A DNA stretch of 64,000 bases, from NCBI GenBank assembly GCA_963753975.1, contig CAVWEH010000002.1:96001-160000 (forward strand), given 5' to 3'. A model generated the notes under the pieces. That model saw only the letters and a list, made by a program, of their open reading frames with translations. It had not been told where the DNA came from and ran no database searches. Both the position numbers and the translations under genes were made by a program. Positions 53,456 to 62,273 of this stretch are shown here, one piece after another. This stretch comes from an uncultured delta proteobacterium. GTDB taxonomy: Bacteria > Desulfobacterota > Syntrophia > Syntrophales > Smithellaceae. The stretch's first letter is position 1. Every line of letters begins with the position of its first letter.

Positions 53456-55810
53456 ATGAAGAAAAAAAATAAAAGATTACAACTGTGGTTTGTGTGGCCG
53501 GTTAGAATCGTTCTTTCCCTTATCGCTATCGGGATTTTGCTTTCCTCCCTTTACATCAATTCGGAGACGACGCAAAAAAAAATCGGTGCCATAATTGCAC
53601 GAGAGTTGGGTGATGTCGTTAAATTTGAGCGCGTCGGTCTTTCGACCTTTCCCAGTCCCGGTCTTGTTTTTCATCAGGTAAAAATAAATATTCCCGGGGG
53701 AACATCTGTCCGGGTGGAATCAACAAAAATTTACCCTCAAATATTACCGCTGTTAATGGGAAAAGTAAGAATTGCGAAAGTAAAGTTTGACGACCCTGAG
53801 ATTATCGTGGATATTTCGGAAAATTCCCAACAAACAGCGGCAAAAGATACGTATTCTCCTCCGGAGGGAGTTCTGGAAAACGTTACCTCGGTAATTTCAT
53901 CAATACAATCAGTTGAGCCCGGCCTGGTTGCAGTAATAAACGAGGGAAAATTGATTGTGCGGAAAAATAACAACGATGTCAGCGCGGTGCGCAAAATTTA
54001 TGCTCGAATTACTTTTGAGCCGAAGGAAGTGGAAGTTAAGGTGAAGGGCGATGTGGACAAATGGGGGGAATTTTCTGTCCGGGGGAATATGCACGCGGAA
54101 AAAAACGGTATATCGGTCGGCGATGGTCTGTCCACAAATTTGATAATGATAAAAAATATTCAGGCTTCCGCCTTGGATTCTTCGCTTGCTGCTTCTGTTG
54201 TAATCTCCCAAACCACACAAGCTATAAATTATACCGATATAGCTATGAGCGGCAAGATTGGCCCGGAAACGATCCGGTGGGTTTCCCAGGCGTTTAGTTT
54301 ACCGCCTGAGCAAATCTTACATGGTCCTGTATCTGTCGCTAATACCCGTATAGTATGGCAGGCTGGAGCAAAATTAGCTATTACTGCGGAAGCGGCTATT
54401 GAGGATGGCCCAATGATATCTGTAATCCTGAGCAAAAATGCCGCGGATCTAGCAATAAATGAGTTAAAAATTTATGATAAAGAGTCGCGGGCGGATATTG
54501 CATTTCAGTACACAAAGAATTTCATCGATGTTTCGTTTCAAGGAAGTTTGACGGAAAGAACCCTCAACAAAATATTCGAGCAAAATTCATTTCATCGCGG
54601 ATGGATAAAAGGGGACTTCCGTGCTCATGTGCAGTTGGATCAGTATGGGAAATCGACAGTGCAAGGACATCTGGAAGGCACCGATTTTATGATCCCTATG
54701 CCGATGAATGTGCCGTTAAAAGTTCGTCGCGTCAGTCTCAGCGGGAACAATAAGACTCTGAAAGTGGAATCCGCCGCTTTAAATTGGGGAGAAAACAATC
54801 TGGACCTGAAGGGTAGAGTAAACACCACCCAGGATGGATTCCGTCTGGATATGGATCTTTCTGCGGACGCGCTAAAAGTGGAAACCATAAAGAAAAATCT
54901 GGCAGGTCCGGAGAAACCGCAAGAAACGAAGCCCTCACGGAAACGTTCTAAAAAGCCGGCGCTCCGGGGGATTATCCGGCTCAGTGCACCATCAATAACC
55001 TGGGGGCGTTATACAGCAGGTCCTCTTCGTGCCAATATTCTACTGGATAATAAAGGTATCAATGCTGAGATTACAGAAGCCTTTCTCTGTGGGATTTCCA
55101 TTCCGGGGAATCTTGTCTTCGGCGGCAAGAGTGTCCAACTGGATTTTAAACCGGTTGCCGTGGGAAAACAGCTCGAACCTATGCTCGATTGTCTTTTTCA
55201 TGAAGACTCGCGCATCACCGGGATTTTAAATTTGAAAGCCGCGGTCAATTCTCGGGGGAAATCCGATACGCTCGTTTCCTCATTGAGGGGAAGGGTGGAA
55301 TTTTTATCGAAAGATGGAATCATTTACCGCTTTCCACTTCTGGCAAAAATTTTCTCATTCTTGAATGTTACGGAGCTTCTGCGGGGAAAACTTCCCGACT
55401 TCACGACAGAAGGATTTAAATATAATTCCATTATCGTTAAAGGCTATATTCGTAGGGGAATCTTTGTGCTTAAGGAGGCGGTCATTGATGGAACTACTAT
55501 GCAGCTTGCCGGGGAGGGCGAGATCAATTTTACCAACAATAAAATTGACGTCACTATTTTGGTAGCACCTTTCAAAACAGTAGATTTTCTTATTAACAAA
55601 ATCCCTTTGGTGGGATACATTCTTAAAGGGACGCTTATTTCCATACCTTTAAAAGTAACCGGCGATCTCGCGGAGCCCACCATAATAGTTCTTTCCCCTA
55701 CAGCAGTCGGAGAAGGAGTGCTGGGGATGATGAAAAGAACTTTGTCTCTGCCTGTAAAAATAATCGAGCCGGTCATTCCCCGCGCTAAAAAAAAGAGAAA
55801 TAACAGGTAA
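53456..55810 (+). CDS. AsmA-like (bridge-like) protein
   Basis: N-terminal TM, repetitive beta-rich body, C-terminal AsmA-type KIPLVGYIL...VTGDL.EP. Confidence 0.8.
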   Translation: MKKKNKRLQLWFVWPVRIVLSLIAIGILLSSLYINSETTQKKIGAIIARELGDVVKFERVGLSTFPSPGLVFHQVKINIPGGTSVRVESTKIYPQILPLLMGKVRIAKVKFDDPEIIVDISENSQQTAAKDTYSPPEGVLENVTSVISSIQSVEPGLVAVINEGKLIVRKNNNDVSAVRKIYARITFEPKEVEVKVKGDVDKWGEFSVRGNMHAEKNGISVGDGLSTNLIMIKNIQASALDSSLAASVVISQTTQAINYTDIAMSGKIGPETIRWVSQAFSLPPEQILHGPVSVANTRIVWQAGAKLAITAEAAIEDGPMISVILSKNAADLAINELKIYDKESRADIAFQYTKNFIDVSFQGSLTERTLNKIFEQNSFHRGWIKGDFRAHVQLDQYGKSTVQGHLEGTDFMIPMPMNVPLKVRRVSLSGNNKTLKVESAALNWGENNLDLKGRVNTTQDGFRLDMDLSADALKVETIKKNLAGPEKPQETKPSRKRSKKPALRGIIRLSAPSITWGRYTAGPLRANILLDNKGINAEITEAFLCGISIPGNLVFGGKSVQLDFKPVAVGKQLEPMLDCLFHEDSRITGILNLKAAVNSRGKSDTLVSSLRGRVEFLSKDGIIYRFPLLAKIFSFLNVTELLRGKLPDFTTEGFKYNSIIVKGYIRRGIFVLKEAVIDGTTMQLAGEGEINFTNNKIDVTILVAPFKTVDFLINKIPLVGYILKGTLISIPLKVTGDLAEPTIIVLSPTAVGEGVLGMMKRTLSLPVKIIEPVIPRAKKKRNNR

Positions 55811-56068
55811 ATTTCTTACCCCGAACACAGAAAAATTATTGACAAATAATGAGCAATTTAATTAGATAAAACCATTCCATTCTTTACAATGCTCTAAATA
55901 GCTTTACATAAAGCGTTCTTAAGTTTGTCTTGACCAGATTTACCAGCTTATTTTTATATATTAAGATCTTACAATTGTTTAATTTAAGGTTTTTCTAGGT
56001 GCCTTTATGGTGTAATTTTGCAGTATTTGAGGGTTTTTACAGAGCGATATAAGGATGTGAGGTGTTTT

Positions 56069-56632
56069 ATGGTTCGTCTGTTTTCATCATTCCTGTTTGG
56101 TATTCTATGCGTAATTCTTTGTTTAAATGCGCAAGCCCAGCAAAACGAGCAAGTACTTGCTGTATCCAGCTTCTATAAAACAATATTAAAATTTAAAGAC
56201 GGCGGTGTTCCTACTCGGAGAAACATCGACCGGCTTTCGCCGTTTATATCGGAATATTTTCGAAATAGTTTACTTCACGCTCGTGATGTTGAAGATAAAA
56301 ACATTAAAAGAACTAAAGGTTCTGAGCCGCCATTGGTCGAAGGCAGCTTGTTCTTTTCTCTCTTCGAAGGCGCAGACAAATACACTGCCATTAAAGCTGA
56401 ACCAGACAAAAACCCTGTCGCGTATTTAGTCAACCTGGAATATCGCGATCCTTATCGAAAACATGAGATAGTAAAATGGCAGGATAGAGCAATCTTGATT
56501 AAAGAAAATAATCAGTGGGTTGTGAATGATCTGGAACTGTTGGGTAAATGGCAATTTGGAGCCAAAGGAAAGTTATCGGAGATACTTCGACGAGTTATCA
56601 AAGAAGGAAAAGAGGCAAATACATTGAAATAG
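56069..56632 (+). CDS. Exported hypothetical protein
   Basis: Signal peptide ending AQA; PP..EG..F.S.FEG and W.VND motifs. Confidence 0.75.
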   Translation: MVRLFSSFLFGILCVILCLNAQAQQNEQVLAVSSFYKTILKFKDGGVPTRRNIDRLSPFISEYFRNSLLHARDVEDKNIKRTKGSEPPLVEGSLFFSLFEGADKYTAIKAEPDKNPVAYLVNLEYRDPYRKHEIVKWQDRAILIKENNQWVVNDLELLGKWQFGAKGKLSEILRRVIKEGKEANTLK

Positions 56633-56659
56633 CAATTTTCGTTAATTAGCGAGGAAAAG

Positions 56660-57028
56660 ATGAAAATTAATAAAATTAACTTTGCCGAAAAACTCGCCAA
56701 ACTGCCGAGGGGAGATTACTCGGTGGGAATCATCGCGAAGATGAACAACTACGAATTCTAGGTGGTTAAATTTAAAGGTGACTTTATCTGGCACAAACAT
56801 GACGACACCGATGAGACTTTTATTGTCCTGGATGGCACACTGCTTATGAACTTCAAGGATCGAACTATAGAAATTAATAAGGGTGAAATGATAGTAATCC
56901 CGAAAGGTGTTGAGCATAAGCCTTCGTCAATTAAAGGGTATAAAGTTTTATTGATTGAACCGGCAGATACCCCCAATACCGGCAATGTGAAAAATGATCT
57001 GACCATAAAGAAAATTGAATGGGTTTGA
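56660..57028 (+). pseudogene. Cupin domain protein with in-frame TAG at 56759-56761
   Basis: GAGG RBS then MKINKINFAEKL...MNNYEF*VVKFKGDFIWHKHDDTDETF...GVEHKP. Confidence 0.8.
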
Positions 57029-57135
57029 TTGGGGAATAGGGAGAATATGTGATCATTATTTCTCTTTGACATTGAAGAATTATTGCCTTAATATTCCTTC
57101 GCATTAAAAGATAGTTCTCGTCTCAAATTTAACAA

Positions 57136-57337
57136 ATCACGGGTATGAACTTCAAAGCAAGTTGCGGTGTATCATACCCTCCGCGTTGCGGGATGATTCG
57201 ACCTGCAAGCTCCAGCAGTAGTGACCTTTAGGTTATGCACTCTGTTTCTGAAGCTTGGGTCTCATTACAACTTAGCAATTCCGACGTATGAGCTTTAGGT
57301 TATGTGTTTCACTTTTGAATTAGAGTTTCACAAATAA
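57136..57337 (-). repeat. Modular palindromic repeat, copy D
   Basis: Reverse complement reads TTATTTGTGAAACT...TAACCTAAAG...GTCGGAATTG...TAACCTAAAGGTCAC...ATCCCGCAACGCGGAGGGTAT...ATACCCGTGAT. Confidence 0.85.
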
Positions 57338-57355
57338 TTATCGGGAGGTTTCCAA

Positions 57356-58288
57356 ATGAAAAAGTTTTCGACGAAAACAATTTTTTTGACGATTGCAGCC
57401 GTTGTAATAATTATTGCAGCGGTACTTTATTTTGCTGCCCCGGCATATTTATACAATAAAGCAATTAACGGATTCCGCAAAGACGCCGGGCTAACAATTA
57501 AATCGGTGAACATTCCTGATTTTAAAATTGTTTACGCGGAGGGCGGAACAGGCGACACAATAATTATGCTGCACGGCTTTGGCGGAAGCAAAGACAATTG
57601 GCTGAGGTTCGCTAAATACTTTACGCCCAATTATCGGGTAATAATTCCCGATCTCCCCGGTTTCGGGGAAAGCTCGAAACCGCAGGACGCGAAATATGAC
57701 ATCATGTCTCAGGTGGAAAGATTAAATCTATTTGTAAAAGAACTGAAACTGACAAAATTTAATATAGTCGGAAATTCAATGGGCGGCGAAATCGCCGGCA
57801 ATTATGCCGCGACTTACCCCGAAATGGTTAAAACTCTTGCTTTATTCGATTCTGCCGGTGTACATTCTCCAATAAAAAGCGAATTTGCTTCACTTTTGGG
57901 AAAGGGCGTTAATCCTCTTGTTGTTAAAGATGAAAAAGGCTATGAAGAATTGTTAGAATTCACTTCTGTGAAACCGCTTAAATTGCCTTCCGTAATAAAA
58001 AATTATTTAGCGAAACAGGCAATAAAAGCCGCGCCTCTTAACGAAAAAATATTTAATGAAATTGGGAAAACCGAGCTGCAAGGCAAATTAAATAAAATTA
58101 AAGCTCCCACACTGATCGTATGGGGAGATTCGGACAAGGTTATTAACGTATCCGCTGTTCAGATTTTTAAGAAAAATATAAAAGGTTCTGAATCAGTGAT
58201 AATAAAAGAATGCGGTCATCTTCCCATGCTGGAAAAACCGCAGGAAACGGCTTCGGCGTATAAGGATTTCTTGCAGGGAAAGAACTAG
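57356..58288 (+). CDS. Alpha/beta hydrolase (lipase-like) with N-terminal anchor
   Basis: HGFGG, DLPGFG, GNSMGG, D and CGH catalytic residues. Confidence 0.92.
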   Translation: MKKFSTKTIFLTIAAVVIIIAAVLYFAAPAYLYNKAINGFRKDAGLTIKSVNIPDFKIVYAEGGTGDTIIMLHGFGGSKDNWLRFAKYFTPNYRVIIPDLPGFGESSKPQDAKYDIMSQVERLNLFVKELKLTKFNIVGNSMGGEIAGNYAATYPEMVKTLALFDSAGVHSPIKSEFASLLGKGVNPLVVKDEKGYEELLEFTSVKPLKLPSVIKNYLAKQAIKAAPLNEKIFNEIGKTELQGKLNKIKAPTLIVWGDSDKVINVSAVQIFKKNIKGSESVIIKECGHLPMLEKPQETASAYKDFLQGKN

Positions 58289-58333
58289 CGCAGTACCCCG
58301 CCCATCGGGTTGAGGTATCGTAGCAGATAAGAG

Positions 58334-58363
58334 AGGGGCGGAGTCTTCATTCCGCCCCTTTTT
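58334..58363 (+). terminator. Intrinsic terminator
   Basis: AGGGGCGGAG...TTCCGCCCCT-TTTT. Confidence 0.75.
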
Positions 58364-58467
58364 GCATTTTAGCGGCAATGTAAAAAGTAATATGACCATA
58401 AAGAAAATTGGATGGGGTTAGGTAGAAAATAAGGCGATGCGCCTATTTAGCGGAGGTTAATATAGCT

Positions 58468-58956
58468 ATGAAAAAACTTTGTATTAGCTTGGCCATGTTA
58501 ATTTTATTTATAGCGGGTTGCAGTGATAATAACGAAATGAGTCAATATCAAAGACAGATAAAGATTGAAAAGTCTAAAATTGCAGTAGAGGAATATACCG
58601 CGGCTGTGAAACAGGCTGAAAATAATGACCCTGCGGGATTCTTAAAACTTTATAAGATGGCAAAAGATGATGCAACTTACACGGTAGAATACAGCAAAGT
58701 TGCTGAAGATGAGCTGTTTTTATTATTATATTCTAAACCCGAATTATGGATCAAGACTTTTGCTCGAGTAGATTTGAGCGAATTTAAGAGCTTCGTTAAA
58801 GGCATTGAAGTTTCTCGATTTCCGGAAGGTGTTGAATCGAATGAGCAGTTTAGAGAGAAAATTTTTATAAGGCTGGAAAAAATCAAAGGTAACGCAAAAG
58901 AAATAGAATTGATTGACTATATTTTTGGGTTATACAATCAAAAAAGGCAGCAATGA
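58468..58956 (+). CDS. Hypothetical lipoprotein
   Basis: GGAGG RBS, IAGC lipobox. Confidence 0.8.
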   Translation: MKKLCISLAMLILFIAGCSDNNEMSQYQRQIKIEKSKIAVEEYTAAVKQAENNDPAGFLKLYKMAKDDATYTVEYSKVAEDELFLLLYSKPELWIKTFARVDLSEFKSFVKGIEVSRFPEGVESNEQFREKIFIRLEKIKGNAKEIELIDYIFGLYNQKRQQ

Positions 58957-58990
58957 GGGGACAAATCTTGGAAAATAATTTACACAACTG

Positions 58991-59122
58991 TTAATGCTCG
59001 CTAATTTGAGAGGCCTCTTGATCTTCCCTGTCAATCCCCAATTTTTCAATCCGTTCGATTTCGTTTAGCTTCATTGTAGAAATTAAGCAGTCCTGATAAT
59101 AAGCGAATAAACGCAAAATCAT
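58991..59122 (-). pseudogene. Fragment paralogous to the C-terminus of the CcmD-like gene at 62011-62265
   Basis: MKLNEIERIEKLGIDRED versus MKLNEIERIQKLGIDKED (16/18). Confidence 0.7.
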
Positions 59123-59279
59123 GATTTTTCGCGGAAGAATAAGAGCATTTACCTACTGAATACCGTTATATCTTCTACCATGTTAATTCCAAGAACATCG
59201 CACTATACTATTTCAAAATAACTTAACTGAAATATCGAAAATGAAGACATAACTTTTTGTGGAATGGAATGACAATGCG

Positions 59280-59975
59280 ATGAAAGACAACATCCATATT
59301 CTTATATTGGAAGATACGGCAAGCGATGCGGCTTTGATGGAAGATGAGCTGCAAAGCGCCGGTCTTAACTTTGCTGCTCAGATAGTTTCCAACAGGGAAG
59401 ATTACTTAATGGCTCTGGATAATTTTTCTCCGGACATTATTCTTTCCGACTATAATCTCCCCCAATATGACGGTGTGACGGCTTTGAACGACGCCAGATT
59501 AAGGCTTCCCGACATTCCCTTTATTCTCGTTACGGGAGCTATTGGAGAGGATCTGGCCATAGATATCTTTATTAACGGCGCGAATGACTATGTAATGAAA
59601 AATCGTCTGCAGCGGCTTGTCCCGGCTGTGCAAAGAGCTCTGGCAGAAGCGGAGGAAATCAATGCGCGAAAAGAGGCAGAGGCAGAACTGCGCAAGGCGC
59701 ATGATGAGCTGGAGATGCAGGTGAAAGAGAGAACCGCCGAATTACAAAGGGAAATTGAAGAGAGGAAAAGGACTGAAGAATCACTGCGTGAAGCAATGAC
59801 CAAAATAAAAACTCTGACCGGCCTTTTGCCGATTTGCGCTGCCTGTAAAAAGATACGCGATGACGACGGCAGCTGGGTGCGTATCGAAGCGTATATAAAA
59901 GATAATTCCTATGCGGATTTTACTCATGGCCTATGTCCTGAATGCTCGATCAAACTGTATCCTAAAAGATCTTAA
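59280..59975 (+). CDS. Response regulator: receiver, coiled coil, Cys/His-rich C-terminal domain
   Basis: LED, SD phospho-site, TG, K; LLPICAACKKIR...THGLCPEC. Confidence 0.9.
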   Translation: MKDNIHILILEDTASDAALMEDELQSAGLNFAAQIVSNREDYLMALDNFSPDIILSDYNLPQYDGVTALNDARLRLPDIPFILVTGAIGEDLAIDIFINGANDYVMKNRLQRLVPAVQRALAEAEEINARKEAEAELRKAHDELEMQVKERTAELQREIEERKRTEESLREAMTKIKTLTGLLPICAACKKIRDDDGSWVRIEAYIKDNSYADFTHGLCPECSIKLYPKRS

Positions 59976-60011
59976 TAAACGGTAATAGAGAACAGCAATA
60001 AGGAGGGTTAT

Positions 60012-60746
60012 ATGGAAAAAAGTAAAATTGTTTTTTTAATTGCAGCAAGCGGGTTTTTAGTCGCTGTAATCTCTGTCCTAATTTCGGCTATCGCCGGGCT
60101 GGGCACAAGATTTCAGTGGTTTTACTTCCGAACAGGACTGGAAATAATGGGTATTGCGGTTATTGTCGGGCTCGTGGCGGGAGTAATATCCATCATCGGT
60201 TTAGTTGCCTATTTATTTACTCCGCTAAACAAGGGGATTTATCTATGTATTCTGGGTCTTATTATCTGCATACCTGTAGCGGTAATTCCTTTGTATATGC
60301 GCTATGAGATGAAGGTGCCCCCCATTCATGATATAACAACTGATATTACCAATCCACCGGCTTTTGTTTCCGTATTGCCTCTGAGGAAAGATGCCTATAA
60401 TAAACCGGAATACGGCGGCCCGGATGTAGCCGTGCAGCAGATAAAAGCATATCCGGACATTAAAACGCTGACTTTAAATATGCCTGTCGATAAGGCTTTT
60501 TCCAAAGCGCTGGCTATCGCCAAAACCATGAATTGGGAAATAGTGGCTGCCGAACCCAACGAAGGGCGAATCGAGGCTACGGCAACAACTTTCTGGATGG
60601 GATTTAAAGATGATATTGTTATCCGGATTAAGGCGCATGGTAAAATGAGCAACGTCGATATTCGTTCCGAATCCCGGGTCGGGAAGGGCGATTTCGGCGC
60701 CAATGCCAAAAGGATAATAATATTTTTGGGCGAAATGCAAAAATAG
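60012..60746 (+). CDS. DUF1499-type membrane protein
   Basis: Three TMs, PPIHDITTD, GFKDD, RSESRVG..DFGANAKRI. Confidence 0.85.
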   Translation: MEKSKIVFLIAASGFLVAVISVLISAIAGLGTRFQWFYFRTGLEIMGIAVIVGLVAGVISIIGLVAYLFTPLNKGIYLCILGLIICIPVAVIPLYMRYEMKVPPIHDITTDITNPPAFVSVLPLRKDAYNKPEYGGPDVAVQQIKAYPDIKTLTLNMPVDKAFSKALAIAKTMNWEIVAAEPNEGRIEATATTFWMGFKDDIVIRIKAHGKMSNVDIRSESRVGKGDFGANAKRIIIFLGEMQK

Positions 60747-60958
60747 GCTTTTGAATAATATCTGATTCTCGCGGATTACTTCTTCGCTTTTGAAAACAGT
60801 GTCGTCTGATGCCTAATGCAGGTAGGATAGGTATGATTTACCTATTAGTATACCCTTTAAAAACTATCATTGCCTTTAATCAAATATATCCTTAACTTGT
60901 CATTAAGTAAGGTAAAAGAACCATTATTCTTAAAAACGAATAAATAAAGGAGGAAATT

Positions 60959-61300
60959 ATGATTTATTGGCCTGTCATTCTTTTTGCTATTGCAGCGGTC
61001 GGGGGTTTAACACTTGCCTACAGGAAATTTGTCGGTAAGGAATTGCCGATTTGGCTCGCAGCTTTTCACGGAATTTTTGCGGCAGCGGGTCTTATCATTC
61101 TGGCCGTTAATGTTTACAATGATTCATCCAATACATTAATGAATATCGCACTCGTGATGTTCATTATTTTTGCCTTGGGCGGTTTTGTTTTACTTTCCTA
61201 TCATGTGAGAAAGAAAGCTCATCCCATTGCGCTGATCGGAATACACGGTGCCGGCGCGGTTATTTCCTTTTTAATACTTTTGGCTGCCGTATTTGGCTGA
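60959..61300 (+). CDS. Small 4-TM membrane protein (two internal repeats, each with HG)
   Basis: GGAGG RBS; A.GG.... and HG..A repeated twice. Confidence 0.8.
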   Translation: MIYWPVILFAIAAVGGLTLAYRKFVGKELPIWLAAFHGIFAAAGLIILAVNVYNDSSNTLMNIALVMFIIFALGGFVLLSYHVRKKAHPIALIGIHGAGAVISFLILLAAVFG

Positions 61301-61427
61301 AAGATGCAGAAAAAAGTACGCTGCCCGTAAATGAGTAGTGATAGGCAAAGTTGTTAGCAAACCAAACATGGCAATAAAACATTTTTTGCCGATGTACTGC
61401 TATAGAAACAATTGAAGGAGACATGAG

Positions 61428-61907
61428 ATGGATAGACGAACTTTTTTAAAAGGGGCCGCACTGAGTTCTGCTTCCATAGGTCTGGCGGGCCTTGTCAGCG
61501 CAGCAGATCTCTATTTTCCCGATAAGGTGGATATGGCCTTATTTGAGGGAATCAACAGAATTAAAGACCCGGCAAAGAAAACTCACCTGGAAAAAACCCA
61601 TGCGCCGTTTATCGTTGCGCCGCGCACGGTCAAAGCCGGTGAAGCATTCGCCGTTGAGGTGAGCGTAGGAGAAAATCTTCATGTTATGATGCCTGCCCAC
61701 TGGATAGAATATATTCAGTTGAGGATCGGCAATGAGCCGGCAGGCCGGATTACTTTCGAACCCCGAGGATATTTGCAGCCAAAGGCAAAATTTAATGTAA
61801 TTTTTACCAAGGACGTAGCGCCGGACGGCAAAGTCACGCTTATAGCCACTCAACATTGTAATCTTCACGGCACGTGGGAATCGACTTTTGATGTTAAGGT
61901 AACGTGA
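61428..61907 (+). CDS. Tat-exported superoxide reductase-like (neelaredoxin-type) protein
   Basis: MDRRTFLK signal; EKTH, HVMMPAHWI, CNLHG iron ligands. Confidence 0.88.
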   Translation: MDRRTFLKGAALSSASIGLAGLVSAADLYFPDKVDMALFEGINRIKDPAKKTHLEKTHAPFIVAPRTVKAGEAFAVEVSVGENLHVMMPAHWIEYIQLRIGNEPAGRITFEPRGYLQPKAKFNVIFTKDVAPDGKVTLIATQHCNLHGTWESTFDVKVT

Positions 61908-61951
61908 CCGGAAAAACGCAATAGAAATCTTTATAGAAATACAAATGCAAG

Positions 61952-61989
61952 TTGCGCACAGTGACTTGTTGAACAGTCATTGTGCGCAA
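61952..61989. terminator. Long hairpin between convergent genes
   Basis: TTGCGCACAGTGAC...GTCATTGTGCGCAA. Confidence 0.65.
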
Positions 61990-62010
61990 AAGGTTTCCTC
62001 GCTATCTCTA

Positions 62011-62265
62011 TCAATTCAGCAGAGGGGCATGTGTATCTTCTTTATCAATCCCCAATTTCTGAATTCTTTCAATTTCATTGAGTTTCATTTTGATAACCAC
62101 AATAAGTCCGATAATGGCGAGCCAGAAAATAGCCAGGCTCGCGTAGACTGTGTAAGCGTCAACCGGTGTAGTAGGAAATACGGGGATTTTATCTTCGGCC
62201 CGGGCCATGAAACTGAAAAAAAAGATAGTGAATGCAGAAAATAATATCTTAATAAAATATTTCAT
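62011..62265 (-). CDS. Small membrane protein, CcmD-like, with signal peptide
   Basis: Signal peptide, one TM (YASLAIFWLAIIGLIVVI), charged tail; 8 bp after cytochrome b. Confidence 0.65.
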   Translation of the reverse strand: MKYFIKILFSAFTIFFFSFMARAEDKIPVFPTTPVDAYTVYASLAIFWLAIIGLIVVIKMKLNEIERIQKLGIDKEDTHAPLLN

Positions 62266-62273
62266 AAGCGCAC

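Noticed and set aside
36336..56761. Genome-wide TAG reassignment
   Set aside because: TAG terminates normal-length genes here (e.g. 44076, 48873, 58288, 60746)
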